Positions 51,401 through 64,000 of a stretch of DNA of 64,000 nt are shown here, one piece after another. Both the position numbers and the translations under genes were made by a program. Source of the DNA: Daphnia carinata (taxonomy: Eukaryota); assembly GCF_022539665.2 (NCBI RefSeq), contig NC_081332.1, forward strand, positions 2,976,001 through 3,040,000. The letters run 5' to 3'. Position 1 is the stretch's first letter. Each line of letters begins with the position of its first letter. The notes under the pieces were generated by a model. That model searched no databases. It had not been told where the DNA came from and saw only the letters and a list, made by a program, of their open reading frames with translations.

Positions 51401-54400
51401 ATTAATCCGATTGGTGCACCTCTTATCTCTCCCTCCGTACATCAGTCAATAGGCTTACGTGCTCTATATACGTTCCAGTTGAGGTAGGGGAACTATCAGC
51501 ACATCGATAGTGAAGGCGCCGATGCTGAATTTTTTTTATACACCCCAAAGAAATAAAGGGTTTAGTTTAAATTAATTTCGTTTTATGGAATCATCGCAAA
51601 TGCGTGTGTGGGGCCTTTTCTTTCACCTGCGGCAAAGAGGTATGCAGTAGCCGTGCGTTTAAAAAGGTCGAATGCTTTTCGTTCCGTTTCGCTCATTTCC
51701 CATAGAGATAAACATCGGAAGAAGATCCTTTCAGAGTTTCGCTGTGCCACCATGTCGTTCTATGGAGTGGCAACATGAAACGGAATCAAATTCTTCTCGA
51801 TTTCTCGAAGACGAACACAAAAAACTATATACCTGCCTATACACATCTACTGATTTCCTTTAGCTGCTGCTGATGCGTACAGACCTTGTGTGTGTGTGTG
51901 TGTGTGTGTGCGTGTCGATTCGGCCGCGACGAAAGGTGAACCCGAGCTCCCAGGATTTACGACCTGCTGGCAGACGAGCAAGAGTCATGAATTCTTTTTA
52001 ATGAGACACTCGTCTCGCACGTCTTTTTCTTCCCTCTTTCTTTTTGTTTTTATGTGCATGGTCGCATCTATATACGTGTATAGGGGACCTCGCTATATAT
52101 TTTACATGGCCTCAGCCCCCCTTCTAACTGTGTAGAAGGGGAAGAACAATGTACACCCAGTTTTGGGCATGTATAGGCGGATGGTGATGCAACAACGATC
52201 CCACCAGGTGTGCAATCGATTGCAAATCGTTCATATTTTTTTAAATTTCACAATGACGATGTGATGAGTAAATTTTTTCTAAACATTTGATTGAAATAGA
52301 CCGGCCGGCCTAGATTTTGAGAAGGGAAAAAAAAAAGGGAAGGGCCGCAGCATCAGCACAACGAATTTCCTAGACTGCTCCTCCTTCTCGTTGTGAGGGA
52401 GAGACAGTCTTATCACATCTCGGCATCGCTCTCTTCTTTTTTTATTTTCTCTGCTTCTTTTAGAATTTTTTCGCAAAAAGAAAGAAAGAAAAAAAAATAC
52501 TTGGGATAAATGCTCTTATGTAAATGTCTATGGGCTTTTCTAGTGCGCCAACTGAAACTGCTTTTCTTCCAAAATGTATCAAACTTTTTCAGCCAGAAAA
52601 AGTGGGAGGGATCATTCGTGAAATGAAAGAGGAAAAGGAGGAGATTTTCTTGAGAGTGTGTCCGGCCACTTCAACAAATCTATACACACACACAGAGTAG
52701 TAAGTAAAAGTCTATAAGCGCACACACAAAAAGGGAACAGGCCTTTATCAACAATTGAAGTTGTATAGTGGGTTATACAACAATACATTGATGAAAATAA
52801 TGGGATTGTCTGTGAATTGCATTTCTCTTTTTTTTTAAATGTATAGACAGCATTGAAAAAAAAGGACATGTTCAATGGCATCCTGTGCGCATCACCAAAG
52901 GCCGTCTCTCTCAATTCTACACGCTATTGATATAACTGAGTTGATAATGGCCGAGTTCTTGAGGCCCCTCGTTTCCTATATAAAATAAGGGGGGATGCAG
53001 CTCTGTGGGCATGTCCTACTGATTTATTCACATCAAAGAAGACGACGAGCGAGTTTATAGCCGCCGTCCACATACATATATCTATCAACTTTGTACACAC
53101 ACACACACACCGCAGCCATCAGAATAGGATATATAGAAGAGCGAATGTATAATTGCTAATCGGATTATCCGGCGATTTTCATCCCCCGTCTGTAGCTCCG
53201 TTCTTTTCCGCGTCTCTCTTCCACCTCATGTTCGACATCACCGACCTTTCTCACCCATTCTCTTTTTTTTTTCTTGAAAAATAACAATCAGCTGACGGTG
53301 TCTTGGTAATTAAAAGATACCAGTTTCTATTTGAGACGTTTCATTTGATGCAACTGCCCTTGTGATTTTTTTCTCAGCAGCAATGAAATCCTTTTATTTT
53401 TTATTTATGTACTTTAAATGGTGGAGTGGCTGATAGAGAGGGCCGGTCTTGTCCGCTTCCCTTTTTACTCGTGCGCTAATTGAGGTGCTCGTTAGCAAGG
53501 AGGAATCATGTGTGTGTGAACTGCTCTGCCCCATCGTTTCCCTTTTTGTTTTGTTTGGTGGAATGAAGAAAACACAATCATCTGTTTGAACGAAAGACGC
53601 CGCCGTCCGTCGCCGTTATACGCAAGACAAAAAAATGCTCCCTACGGCCAAACGCCCTCAGGATTTCAAGTCGGAATTTTGGACGGCCTGGATCTCAATT
53701 CATTATGAAGCTTTCGATTTTTTATTTATTATACAGAGACACACACACAAAAAAAAGGAAGGACGAACTTTGAATCATCAACCACCTTTTTTTAAAATTT
53801 TTTTTTTTTTATATCTGTTCATTAGTTTTGTGTTGGGCGGCCATTTCCTCCCCCAAATGATTCGGTCACTTTTCATTTCCAGATGACGTCACGTACTGTC
53901 GAAAGTAAAAAGAAACGGACCCTTATTTGTCCGTCTCGTTTTCTTTGAGGCTTGTTAGACGCCCAAGCAGATAATAACGACGTCCAATCACGCGTCCCAA
54001 GCTGCTGTTCTGGAGGCATATTTCCCAGCTCTACGCAACACACGACATTTCCATGTCCATTTGCAGACATTTCATTTTTCTCCTTTGGTTTTTTGATTGC
54101 CTCGAAAGGGAATAAACCCGAAATGATTCAAGGCTGGTAACAATTGCAAAACGAAAAAAAAACTAGGAGAAATTGTTTTCAGGCACGTGATGGAGGATGA
54201 AAAGTGCGTGCACAAGAAGAAGAAATCTAGCGACGTCCGCACCAAAGAAAGAAACGGATGATGCTGGAAGAGGGGCGGCAAAACAGAGCAAATGGGAAGG
54301 GCGTTGCCCATGGCAGCCAGCACCAGATGGATGTAGAGATCTTTTTCTTTCCAAAAAGAAGACGCTTCAAGTCAGTCGATTTTCATATAGCAATTTAAAA

Positions 54401-57400
54401 AAAACATTCGCCTGTCGTGTGTCACTCGTTTTGAATCTATAGCGCTGCAATGAACACGTAGATACAATGTGTACATAGATACTAGTCGAAAGTTGACAAA
54501 AAAAGAGTTGCGAGGCACAAACATGATCGTCTCGTGACACGCAATTCCCCTTTACAAGATTGAGAGAAAAAAAAAAAGAAGGGAAGAACCGTTGATGGCC
54601 GAGGCAGATCAAAGTATTGATCGCACCAAGGGCCGTGCGGCCAACTTGATGCCCACACACACATGAAAACGAAAAGAGGCGGCGTCACTTGCGTTCAATG
54701 TCTTCTCTACATATCTAGGAACACTTGAAAATAGAGAGACGGCCATCTTTGTTTTTTTTTGGGGGGGGCTTATTACTTTTTTTTGTCCGTCGTGCGGTGC
54801 TGGAATGTCGTGAATGCCACGACCCGTCAACACACACTCCGATACGGCCGCGTGATAAACCCCTTCGTTTTCTTTTCTCGCCCGAACCCAAAACAAACAA
54901 CAACCACATGAAAAAGAAAAGAGTTGTTGGGTTTCCTTCTTTGCCGCGTTGTATATACGTGCGCACGAAGGGGGGTTGCGCCCGCCCGGCTGGCGGCTTC
55001 AGCCCAGCATGCAGTCCATTTTGGCCGTCAGCAAGGAAAAAAAAACAAACAAACGGTGCGGACATTATCGGATAGTATTTTTTTATATATTTCCCCGTTG
55101 GCCGTGTGTGTGTGTGGGAGGTCATTGAATTTATAAGATCGAGGTGACAGCTTCATGTGCAAGGGCCAACGTCTTCGTGATGGACGATTGTTACATAAAC
55201 GCGGAAGATATTCAATCGTCATAGAGAACAATCTATCGATAGACTTGTGCATTGGCTCTCTGATGAAAACGGCAAACCAGCCCGGCCCCACCTGACGAAC
55301 GGAGAAAATTGGTGGGTGGTCGCAACGGCTCTCACATTTTGTTTCTTTTTCCATTCAAACCAAAAAGAAAACGGTTGTTGTTTAACTACGCTCGTCTTCG
55401 TCCCTCAATGGCAGCCAAAATTCTCTTATGACCGCGCCTCAGGTCATCATTCTCTTTGCGGACCGAGTCAAAATACACAACATCTTCTTCCTGCATTTTC
55501 CGGGCCTTATGCCGGAGCGTGTCTGTGTGTGTAACGTGCAAACATTGATATTATTATGAATGAGCCATCTCCTTTGCTCCTCCTACTCATCGCATCACTT
55601 ATCGGAGGGGATTTGCATTGCCCATCTCCTGTTTGTGTATATAGATGGATACGTTAAAGCTGCAGTTTGCCGTGGCAAAAACGCATAGACAAAGGCATCA
55701 AAGATACAAGTAGTTTGTTGAGTGTATAACAGAGACGTGTGTGTGTGTGTGTGTGCAGACGAGTAAAGTGAGAGGAGGTTTATGAATAGATAAGAAGTTG
55801 TAAGGAGGGGATATGTTGTGTTGTTTGAAGGATTCTTTTTGAAACTTGTAATGTCTAGGCTGACATTCCTTTGATGTCTTCATGATGATGGACGAATGCA
55901 ACGATACTACCCCCCTGTATGTATGGTAGTCACAAAGAGAGGGAGAACAAAACACACACACACAAAAGTTTTCTTTTTCCATAAAGAGGAGGTGGGCATG
56001 TGTGCCTCCTAACCTAAAAGATGTTCCAAACACGCCCTTTTTCCCCCCAGAAGTAACATTTTTTTTTTTTTCTTGTTCCCCCTTGGAAAAAAAGATATAT
56101 CATCGTATGCATATATGACTGTATAGATTTCGGTGTAGGGACTATATGGGATAACCTCCTTCCCCTGAAATTCGTTGTTGTCTTTAAAGATAACTGACCA
56201 CCAATGATGAAAATGGCCCCCCCCCCCTACCTATTACACACACGGGTCAATCATCTTACAAATGAATATTCAGACAGTTTTTTTTGTTGGGGGGCTCTAT
56301 TAACAAGATCTCCTTTGCTACGTACATGAAACGGAACCATTTAGCCAGTCAATATATTTTCCAAGGAGCCCACCTCTGTGGCTGGGCAAACCAGTGGGGC
56401 CGATGTTATACTTATACTGTTACTTGCACAGAATAGAGTTACTAACGAACGTTGTATCAGTGCCGGGAGGACGAGAGGGGGAGCTTCAATGTCAACAGAC
56501 CGGGTGAAAACGGTTGAGCGTGTCGTCGTGAATTCTCAATGAAAATAACGAGACCCTCCCGGTTCTCATCTCCCCACTGAAAAAAAAAAAAACGTGAATC
56601 TTCTCCCTTGTTCTTCTTCTGCATCAATCACCACAAGTTTTCACTTGGTGATTGAACCCCCTCCCTTTTTCGCATCTATTTTAATTCCATTTACTTTTTT
56701 TTTTGTCGGGTTATCTTGTCACTTGATCTACGTAAGGCTCTGGGAACACGGATGACGTGCCACCGATTCGATTTAGGGAATTCGTTTTTTTTTTTAAGTC
56801 CTGCTAAAATTTTCGTTGTTGTCCCCCCTAACTGATTTTTTTCTTTTCTTCTTCCCCGTCTTGTTATAAAAGTTTGGCGTTTGTAGACCTCCCTGAAAAA
56901 AAGGGGGGAGGTAAACAACCCGCTAACAAGGCAAAAGATAAATCTGTGTGTGTCACGTTCTTTTTTTTTTCTTTTTCAAGGGGGGCTTTTTGCTATCGAG
57001 AAGAAGGAAACAAGCAAGAGAACAAGCAGCAAACAATCGGGATCGGACATCTGAGGTTCTTTTTTTGTGTGTGTTAAAGCAGGGCTTCTACTTTTCTTAT
57101 CTTCTTCTTCTTCTCCCAGTGTGACACACACGCAATAACACACCAAAAAAAAAAAAAAACTTTTCCCCCTTTTTCGTGTGTAGGAAGAGAAAAGAGTTTA
57201 CACAACACACAGAGAGAGAGAGGGAAATATATCGTAATGAACGCGGGGAAGGTATTCACCGCAAAGTTGTGTGGTCCCCACCGGTAATAGACCACACACA
57301 CAAAAAAAAAAAAGAAGAAAAGGAAAATAAAAGAAGAATAGTGCAGGTATAGATTGTGGAGAAGGAAGAGATCGATAGTTTGTGATTAGCACCACGCACG

Positions 57401-60400
57401 TTAACACCCCGCTAAATTCGAATAGATGAAACAACACCAACTGTTTTATTTTTAAGGAAAACTTTTGAACGTTTGGAAGTTTGAAATGCGAATCAAAATT
57501 TTTAAAAAGAGGTTTTTTGATATCAATACATCTGATAGAGGAATGTTTATATATTCATCTGTTCTTATCTCTTTTAGATAAACATACCTCCGCGTGCTGG
57601 TAGACGAGAGGGGGCATCGATGAAGAGGGAATGAGTGATTAAATTGATGATGATAGAAAGAAAGGCAGTAGAAAATACATACCTTTACTATTTATTTATT
57701 TATATTTATATTTTTTTTTTCTTTACCGTGTCTCATCGCCTCCGCCCACCTTCCGGGGTTCCTTCCATTTACTCCTCCTCTCCGCGTCTGCCTCCCTTTT
57801 TTTTTCTTTTTTTTTCTTTCGCTGTGTCTCTGTTTGCAGTGTTTACCACTGTATTAACAGAAACAACCGTCTCCACCCCCTCAAAACTCTGATAATGGAT
57901 GAGCCTCCGTCTTGTGTTTTACCCTCCGCCTCCCAGTTATTCCGTCCAAGAACTCTTGTTTTCTTCTTCTTTTTTTTTATCTCTGTCAGCTATACAACAC
58001 AAATTGTCCAGGCTTCATTTTTAGTTTTCTTTTACTGCTTATCCGGATATTCTTGAACAAGAAAAAAGATGAAATGAGATTTTCTTCTTGTTACCTTTTT
58101 TTTTTCCTCTGATGTCCGAGACGCGTCTCCGGAACAACGGCGCCGCCGGCCAGTTCATTTTTTTTTTTTTTTTTTTAAAAAAAAGAAAAAAAATAGTTTT
58201 TATATATCCCCATCACGTTATCGATCAGCAGTTCTATCATCCCCTCCCCCCCCCCTTATATCCCCCCCTACCAAACAGGAGGAACCACATTCATCCCCTC
58301 TTTTTTTTTTTTTTGATTGTCTGGTGAACTGCTGCCCTGAATTTTTATAATAGAAGAGAACACACGGGACCCGATCCCTCGTTGTATGTAACACTCACCG
58401 CTCTAGGAGGAAGAATCATCAAGACACATTATTCTTCTCTTCTTTTTTTTTTTTTTTTTTAGATTTCCAAACGAATCCGGTTTGCCTGATCATCAGATGG
58501 CGCCGCCGCCGAAAAGGGGGATGATTTTTTTTTTCTTTCTTTTCTTGTATATATCAATCGATTAGTCGACCGAGATAAAGAAACTTGAAAGTAGAGGGGA
58601 AAAAGAAAATTTTTTATATCAATCGTAAGGGGGGGCTACAGTTGCGGCGGCGCTTCTATTTTTTCTTTATATCATTTCGTACGCGATAAAAAAGAAAATG
58701 ACGGCGGATGATGACGATCATTCCGCCTTCCCTCCGCATCGTGATTTCCCTTCGTCTCATATTTTCCTTCTTTTTTGAATTCTCATTGGTTCCGTCGGCG
58801 TACACACGAAATATAAAAAAAATCTCATCGAAATAGTGCGCGCAGAGGGGCAAAAAAAAAAAAAAAAAGAGAGAAGAGAAATATCTCTTCTAAACACACA
58901 CACGCATATACGGAGTGGTGAGGTTCTATCAGCAGGTTGTCCAGGCAACCGACGGGCGGTCCACTCGTTGATGACGGCGGCGGCGGCGACCAAGGCCAAG
59001 GCAAACTATTTTCTTATAACCCGAAGAAAATATTATTTTTGTATTTTTTTTTTTTTTTAGTGTGTGTGTGTATAAAAAAGGGGTCGTGGTGTGTCTTCAA
59101 TATAAAAAAAGAAAGGGGGATGGCAGAGATATTATACACACGCCGAGAATATTTTTAGAGAAGGGAATATGAATAGATGCGGATGAAAAGGAGGAGGCAT
59201 CAATGAGGGTTTTCATATAGAAGAGCGAATGGATTTTTTTTTTTTCCATCCGCTGAGACGTGAGGCGGCGGCCGTGTTGGTGGGCGCCCACCCCTCCATT
59301 TTTTGTTGTTGGCTTTTTCTTTTTCCCTATGTAGGAAAAAATAAAAAAGGACCGCAGCCGCCGACCAATGTGATGGCAGCAAAGGCCTGGATGGTGTCAA
59401 TGAGACCATCGTCGCCTATTGGTCGGATTCCCCTCTTATCCAAAAGTCCTCGTGTTGTTGGCTATGGGCGTTGGACCATTCCACATTGTGTCCTACCCCC
59501 TCGGCAAACATTTCTCTTCCAGTCGTTCGGGAATCAGCAGCCGGTCCATTCTCTTCGCAATCGATAAAGTAGATATATTATTTTATTATTTTTTTCTTTA
59601 AAATCCAATTTTTCTTTTGGCTTTTGAAAACTGGCAGCAACGGGGGCCACGATCTGGCGTGACTCTTGGGGTTTTCCTCACGAAAGAAAAGCCGCAAAGG
59701 GACTGCCGACACGCCACAATAGAATTGACAACAACAAAAATAATCAACAATAACACAAACTGGCTCTTTTTTTTTTTTATTTGCCGTTCATCATCATTAG
59801 TAAAGAAAGAAAAACAAAACAATCGGAGAAAAAGACATTAGGAAATGATGTGAAAATGGAAAACCGGCTGTCTGATCTGCAGGCGACGTGATTACAGCGA
59901 CTGGAACGCGAAAAAAAAAGAAAAGAAAGAAAACTGATGGAGTGAAACAAAAAGAAAGACATCTATTTCAAAATGCCGACAAACACACACACACACTGAC
60001 CGCATTGATTACTCGTCGCTATCATTTGCATATACATTTTCTTGATGTGTGTCTGACCATTCACCATTTCTTCTTCGATTTGTGTATCACATTTCTTAAA
60101 CGTGCAAACTTTGGACCAAAACGTCCACGACGTTCAAAACTCGGCCAAATAGAAACATCGATCCAGCGGATGTGTATGACGCCACAGGGCCACACCGCCA
60201 TCTAAATGGTCGGGGGGCAGCTAAAACAATTTGGCCGGACCAAGAAAATCACGTTGAACGATGGGCTGGCGTCATCCTGATCGCATCAGCAACGGTCGAT
60301 TTCCCCAACGTCGTCGAGACGAGGTTTCGGATTTTGAATTTGTTTTTATTTTGGAACGAGACTTATTACGTGATGTGACATTCTCTAGTTTTCCTGGGCC

Positions 60401-63400
60401 GCTCATTTCACAGCAAGTGCCCCCAGTTCTTCGATTGTTACACGCTCCCATACGTGTCGTACATAATAAGGCTTTGCTGTTTTTGTTTTGTTTTCACCCT
60501 TTTTCTTCTTTCATATAAGAGCTAATTATAAGGAAATTCTACCCAATCCTGTTTGGGGAATCCCTACACTTGCACGTCAGCAACGGACTTTTCCATAACA
60601 TATTTTCTTTCACACTCTTAGTTGTAATTGAATTCATCTTTCTTCCTATCAATTGATCCATTTCAAAAACGAATTTCGCATATTTCGTGTTGCTAAAAGG
60701 TGTCTTTATTCCACCTCTTTGCCCTTCATTATCACCAAAGCTAACCCCCCCTCCCCTCCTTTAAACTAAGAAAACAAAAGAAGGTGTGCGTGTAGGTAAG
60801 CTCACACCCCGAGAGGCCGCCTTCATTGCACCGTGTGGTAGTTGGACGTGTCCATAAACAAGCGGTTGAGGTGCGCGCGAACGGTGTGCCCCGCCAGACG
60901 ACAGAAAACAAAACAAAAAATAAAGGGCGAGCCGCAAACAAACGTAACTTACCTCTTTTTATATACGTTCACGAATATAACGACAGAGAGCGCGCAACAG
61001 CACGGATGATGGGAGCGTGATTAGAAGCGCGGTCGAGTGTGTGGCACAGCGGCGGCTCTCTCTCTCCCTCTATGTCTAATATAATGTTGCATAATAGACG
61101 GTGGAAATGAGAGGCGCTGCCTTTGCCGCCGCCGTTGCACAAAAGAAAAAAAAAAAAAAAAAAAAAACTCAACTCAACCAGCGAAAAATAAAAAACCACA
61201 CACACCAATTTTCCGTGGCATCGCGCCGCCGCCACCAAAAGTGAACTCAAAGTGTTACCTACACCGCTCGGCTTTTTTTTTTTTTTTTAGCCCTTTAGTT
61301 TCTTATTCGAGTCAGAAAGAGGTGGGTAATGTGTCTAACAAAACAATAGTATTTTTTTTTTACCCTTTATTTTTTTCTTACATGGCGTTAAAATGGGCCT
61401 TAGTTTTTTTTAAAAATACATTTCTCATCGTTTGAAAGAAAATATAAGGTGGGCCTTTTTTTTTTGGCTACTACCGACGCTCGCCCCCCTCCTCCCCAGT
61501 CTTACGTGTAATTTTTACATTGCTATATTCGACGAGTATATCTATACACAGACCGTAACAAGCATGGCCCGACACTTAACAGGCGTCATTTCGGCTGCGG
61601 TTGGTGTCGTTTGCAACTTGATGTGGGCGTGGCAAGCAAAAGCCCCTCTTTTTTCAAAGTCGGGTAAGTTTAATTTGCATGACAAAAGACAGTTATGTTG
61701 AGCTTGGTTGCTGCTTGAAATTACAGTTTTCTGATTTAAAAATGATTAGCGACGTTTGCCAGAGATTCGTTCAATTTTTTGCATCGAATTTTGTTCGTGT
61801 TGCGTACGAACAGACGGAACAAAAAAAAAAAAAAAAAAAAGCCGAAACGGGAAATGAGCCGCTTTTTGGGAAAGAGCGTCCATCATGGAGAGGCGCATCA
61901 GCTATTAGGGCCAACAACCACACGCAATGAGAATGAAAAGAGAGTCGGCCTTTTCACTCTGAATTGTCGGTTCCTTTTGATATACCTATGCTAATGAGAC
62001 TCTCTCTCTCTCTCTCTCTCTGATTTCTTGTCTATTTATTCTCATTCTTGTCTATTTTTTTTTCCCCTCATTTATTTGTTGCTTTAACTCGGCAGCGTCT
62101 GTTGTGGAGATGGCCGAGGAAAAAGAGAAGAAAACGAGTCGACCTCCTGTGAAAATGGTGGGCGCGTTAAAAAGGCGGCGGTCGTTGAGGGGCTCGCGCG
62201 CGCGTGATTTAATATGGGCATCGCCGCCGTGACGTGTGCAAACAATCGGGGGGACGCAAAAGGCCTCAACCATTTCGAAAAAAAAAAAAAAAAAATAAGG
62301 GATTTTTATGAGTCAGATAGACGTAGAGAGAGACGCTTTCAGCATCTTTTACAAACACTGTAAATAACCAGCCAGCCCCGGCCAACCCCGCCTCCTTATG
62401 CTATCATCGTCATCGAGAGACAAAGGAGAGAGAGAGAGACGAGCCAGTGTGGAATGTTGTCGGATATATGAAATAAATACCACCACACTTTCTTCTTTTG
62501 TTTTTTTTTTGTTTTTGTTTTGTTTAGTTTTGGCGGTTGCATCTAATAGAAAAAAACAGGCAACATCGGGATTTAGGAATCAAACCCAGCCTCTCCCCCC
62601 TGCGAGAAAGGCCCTGAGAAATTATGGCTCAGCAAGAGTGACATTTATCGACGTTTAAAAAAGAACAAACAAAAAACTGAATGGAAATGAATGTTTTAGA
62701 GATTCGATGGCAGAGTATGTGAGCTCGTGTCGGCGTGTTGAAATGATTGTCTCGTTATATTCGTTTGCACTTGTGTGGCCAACATTCAGACCTGTCCGCC
62801 ATCTTTCCCCCTACCAACTGTGTGTAATAGAGCGCGTGTATAGGGCCCGCCATTAACGCCAGCCGATTGAATGTTTCTTCAACATTTCCGTGTGTGTGTG
62901 TGTGCGGACAATTCTAAAAACGAGTGCTAGTTTGCCACCCAAAACTGATCATCACACACACACTCGTCATCATGGAGGGGAAAAACAAATTCTAAAGTCA
63001 TCCGTCTCTTTCAATCTCTTCCAGCCAAATACACCCATCAACCGTGGCCCACTCTGCACACATTGAAGGTAAGCCACCATTTTTCCCACTTTTTCTTTTC
63101 GCTTTTCGAGAGGAAATTCAATTTCGATTGACCAACGGTCATCGGCCCCCCTCCCATCGTTTTTCAGTTTTTAAACAACGTTGATCTCTCGCATTTCTAT
63201 TTCAATTGTGTATCGAAAAAGAGCAGACAAAATGTATCGGCCATTGTGTATTGGTTATGTATCCCCCCACGAACCATGTTTATACGCATTAGACGATCGT
63301 AGACAGACCTTTATAGACATATCGGACAATAACTGGACAGTAGAGAGAGAGAGAGCGAGGCCCATTACCGACGCCCATCCGTCTCTCCCCTCCGGCTGGC

Positions 63401-64000
63401 ACGACGGAGATGTCGATTGTCCAGCCAAGCGTCTCAAAGGGCCCATTACTTCCAGTACGCAAGCCAACATTTTCTCAAAACGTATCGTTAGAATTGAGCG
63501 AGGGCTTTTTTTTCCCCATTGTTACACGAACAAATATAAGAGGGAAATGTTTTAAAGATCAGCTCTGAATTTTTATTTCGTTAGTTTTCATGTTAAACGC
63601 AGTTTAACCTTTTTCCAGGGGGTGGGATAAAGCTGCACACCTTGTTTTATAATGGATATCAAATCAGGGCTTTTTTTTTATTATTCCTTTAAATGTCAAC
63701 ACAAATCCTCCTTTTTTTGTTAAGTTGACGCTCTGCGATTTGCATCTTTGAGATGCCACTGCGATTCAACTTTTTGATTCTTTCATGAGGATTTTGGAAA
63801 CGATGGATATTTATTCATACGCCTCTTGAAGTTTGCCCTGTTTTTAACCTGTTGTCGACTAACTGCCCGTTTTCTAGAGCATTTCCAAATCGAGTTGCTT
63901 TTCCCTTTTTTTTTTTTTTTTTTTTTTATGTATCGCGTAATCTCGTGCGCCATTGAAACTTTGATGGCACAACGTTAGTTTTTTTAATTTGTACGCAGAC

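Noticed and set aside
1..64000. CRISPR arrays, operons, defence systems, or intact transposase/RT genes
   Set aside because: The DNA is eukaryotic and intron-containing, with no regularly spaced repeats and no such ORFs in the six-frame track.

Overview
Eukaryotic (arthropod) genomic DNA, rich in homopolymers and microsatellites. Its style suggests a Daphnia-like crustacean, but that is inference. Only one protein-coding gene is supportable: a minus-strand T-box transcription factor of the Tbx2/3 subfamily, orthologous to optomotor-blind (omb/bifid). I reconstructed 7 coding exons with GT-AG junctions and consistent phases: 46736-45967, 43011-42898, 42834-42681, 34883-34737, 34634-34558, 33496-33144 and 32241-30899. 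The CDS is 2958 nt (985 aa), or 984 aa with the distal exon-6 acceptor. About 30 kb downstream and 17 kb upstream of the CDS contain no recognisable coding sequence and look like a cis-regulatory gene desert. Points worth a second look: both short T-box introns are 3n and stop-free, two acceptors are NAGNAG tandems, there are alternative start codons, BMP/Smad-Brinker-type composite elements occur (one a near-perfect palindrome), CTCF-like motifs flank the locus, and the 3' UTR has miRNA seed matches. I found no RNA genes, CRISPR arrays or intact mobile elements, and no convincing novel multi-gene system.
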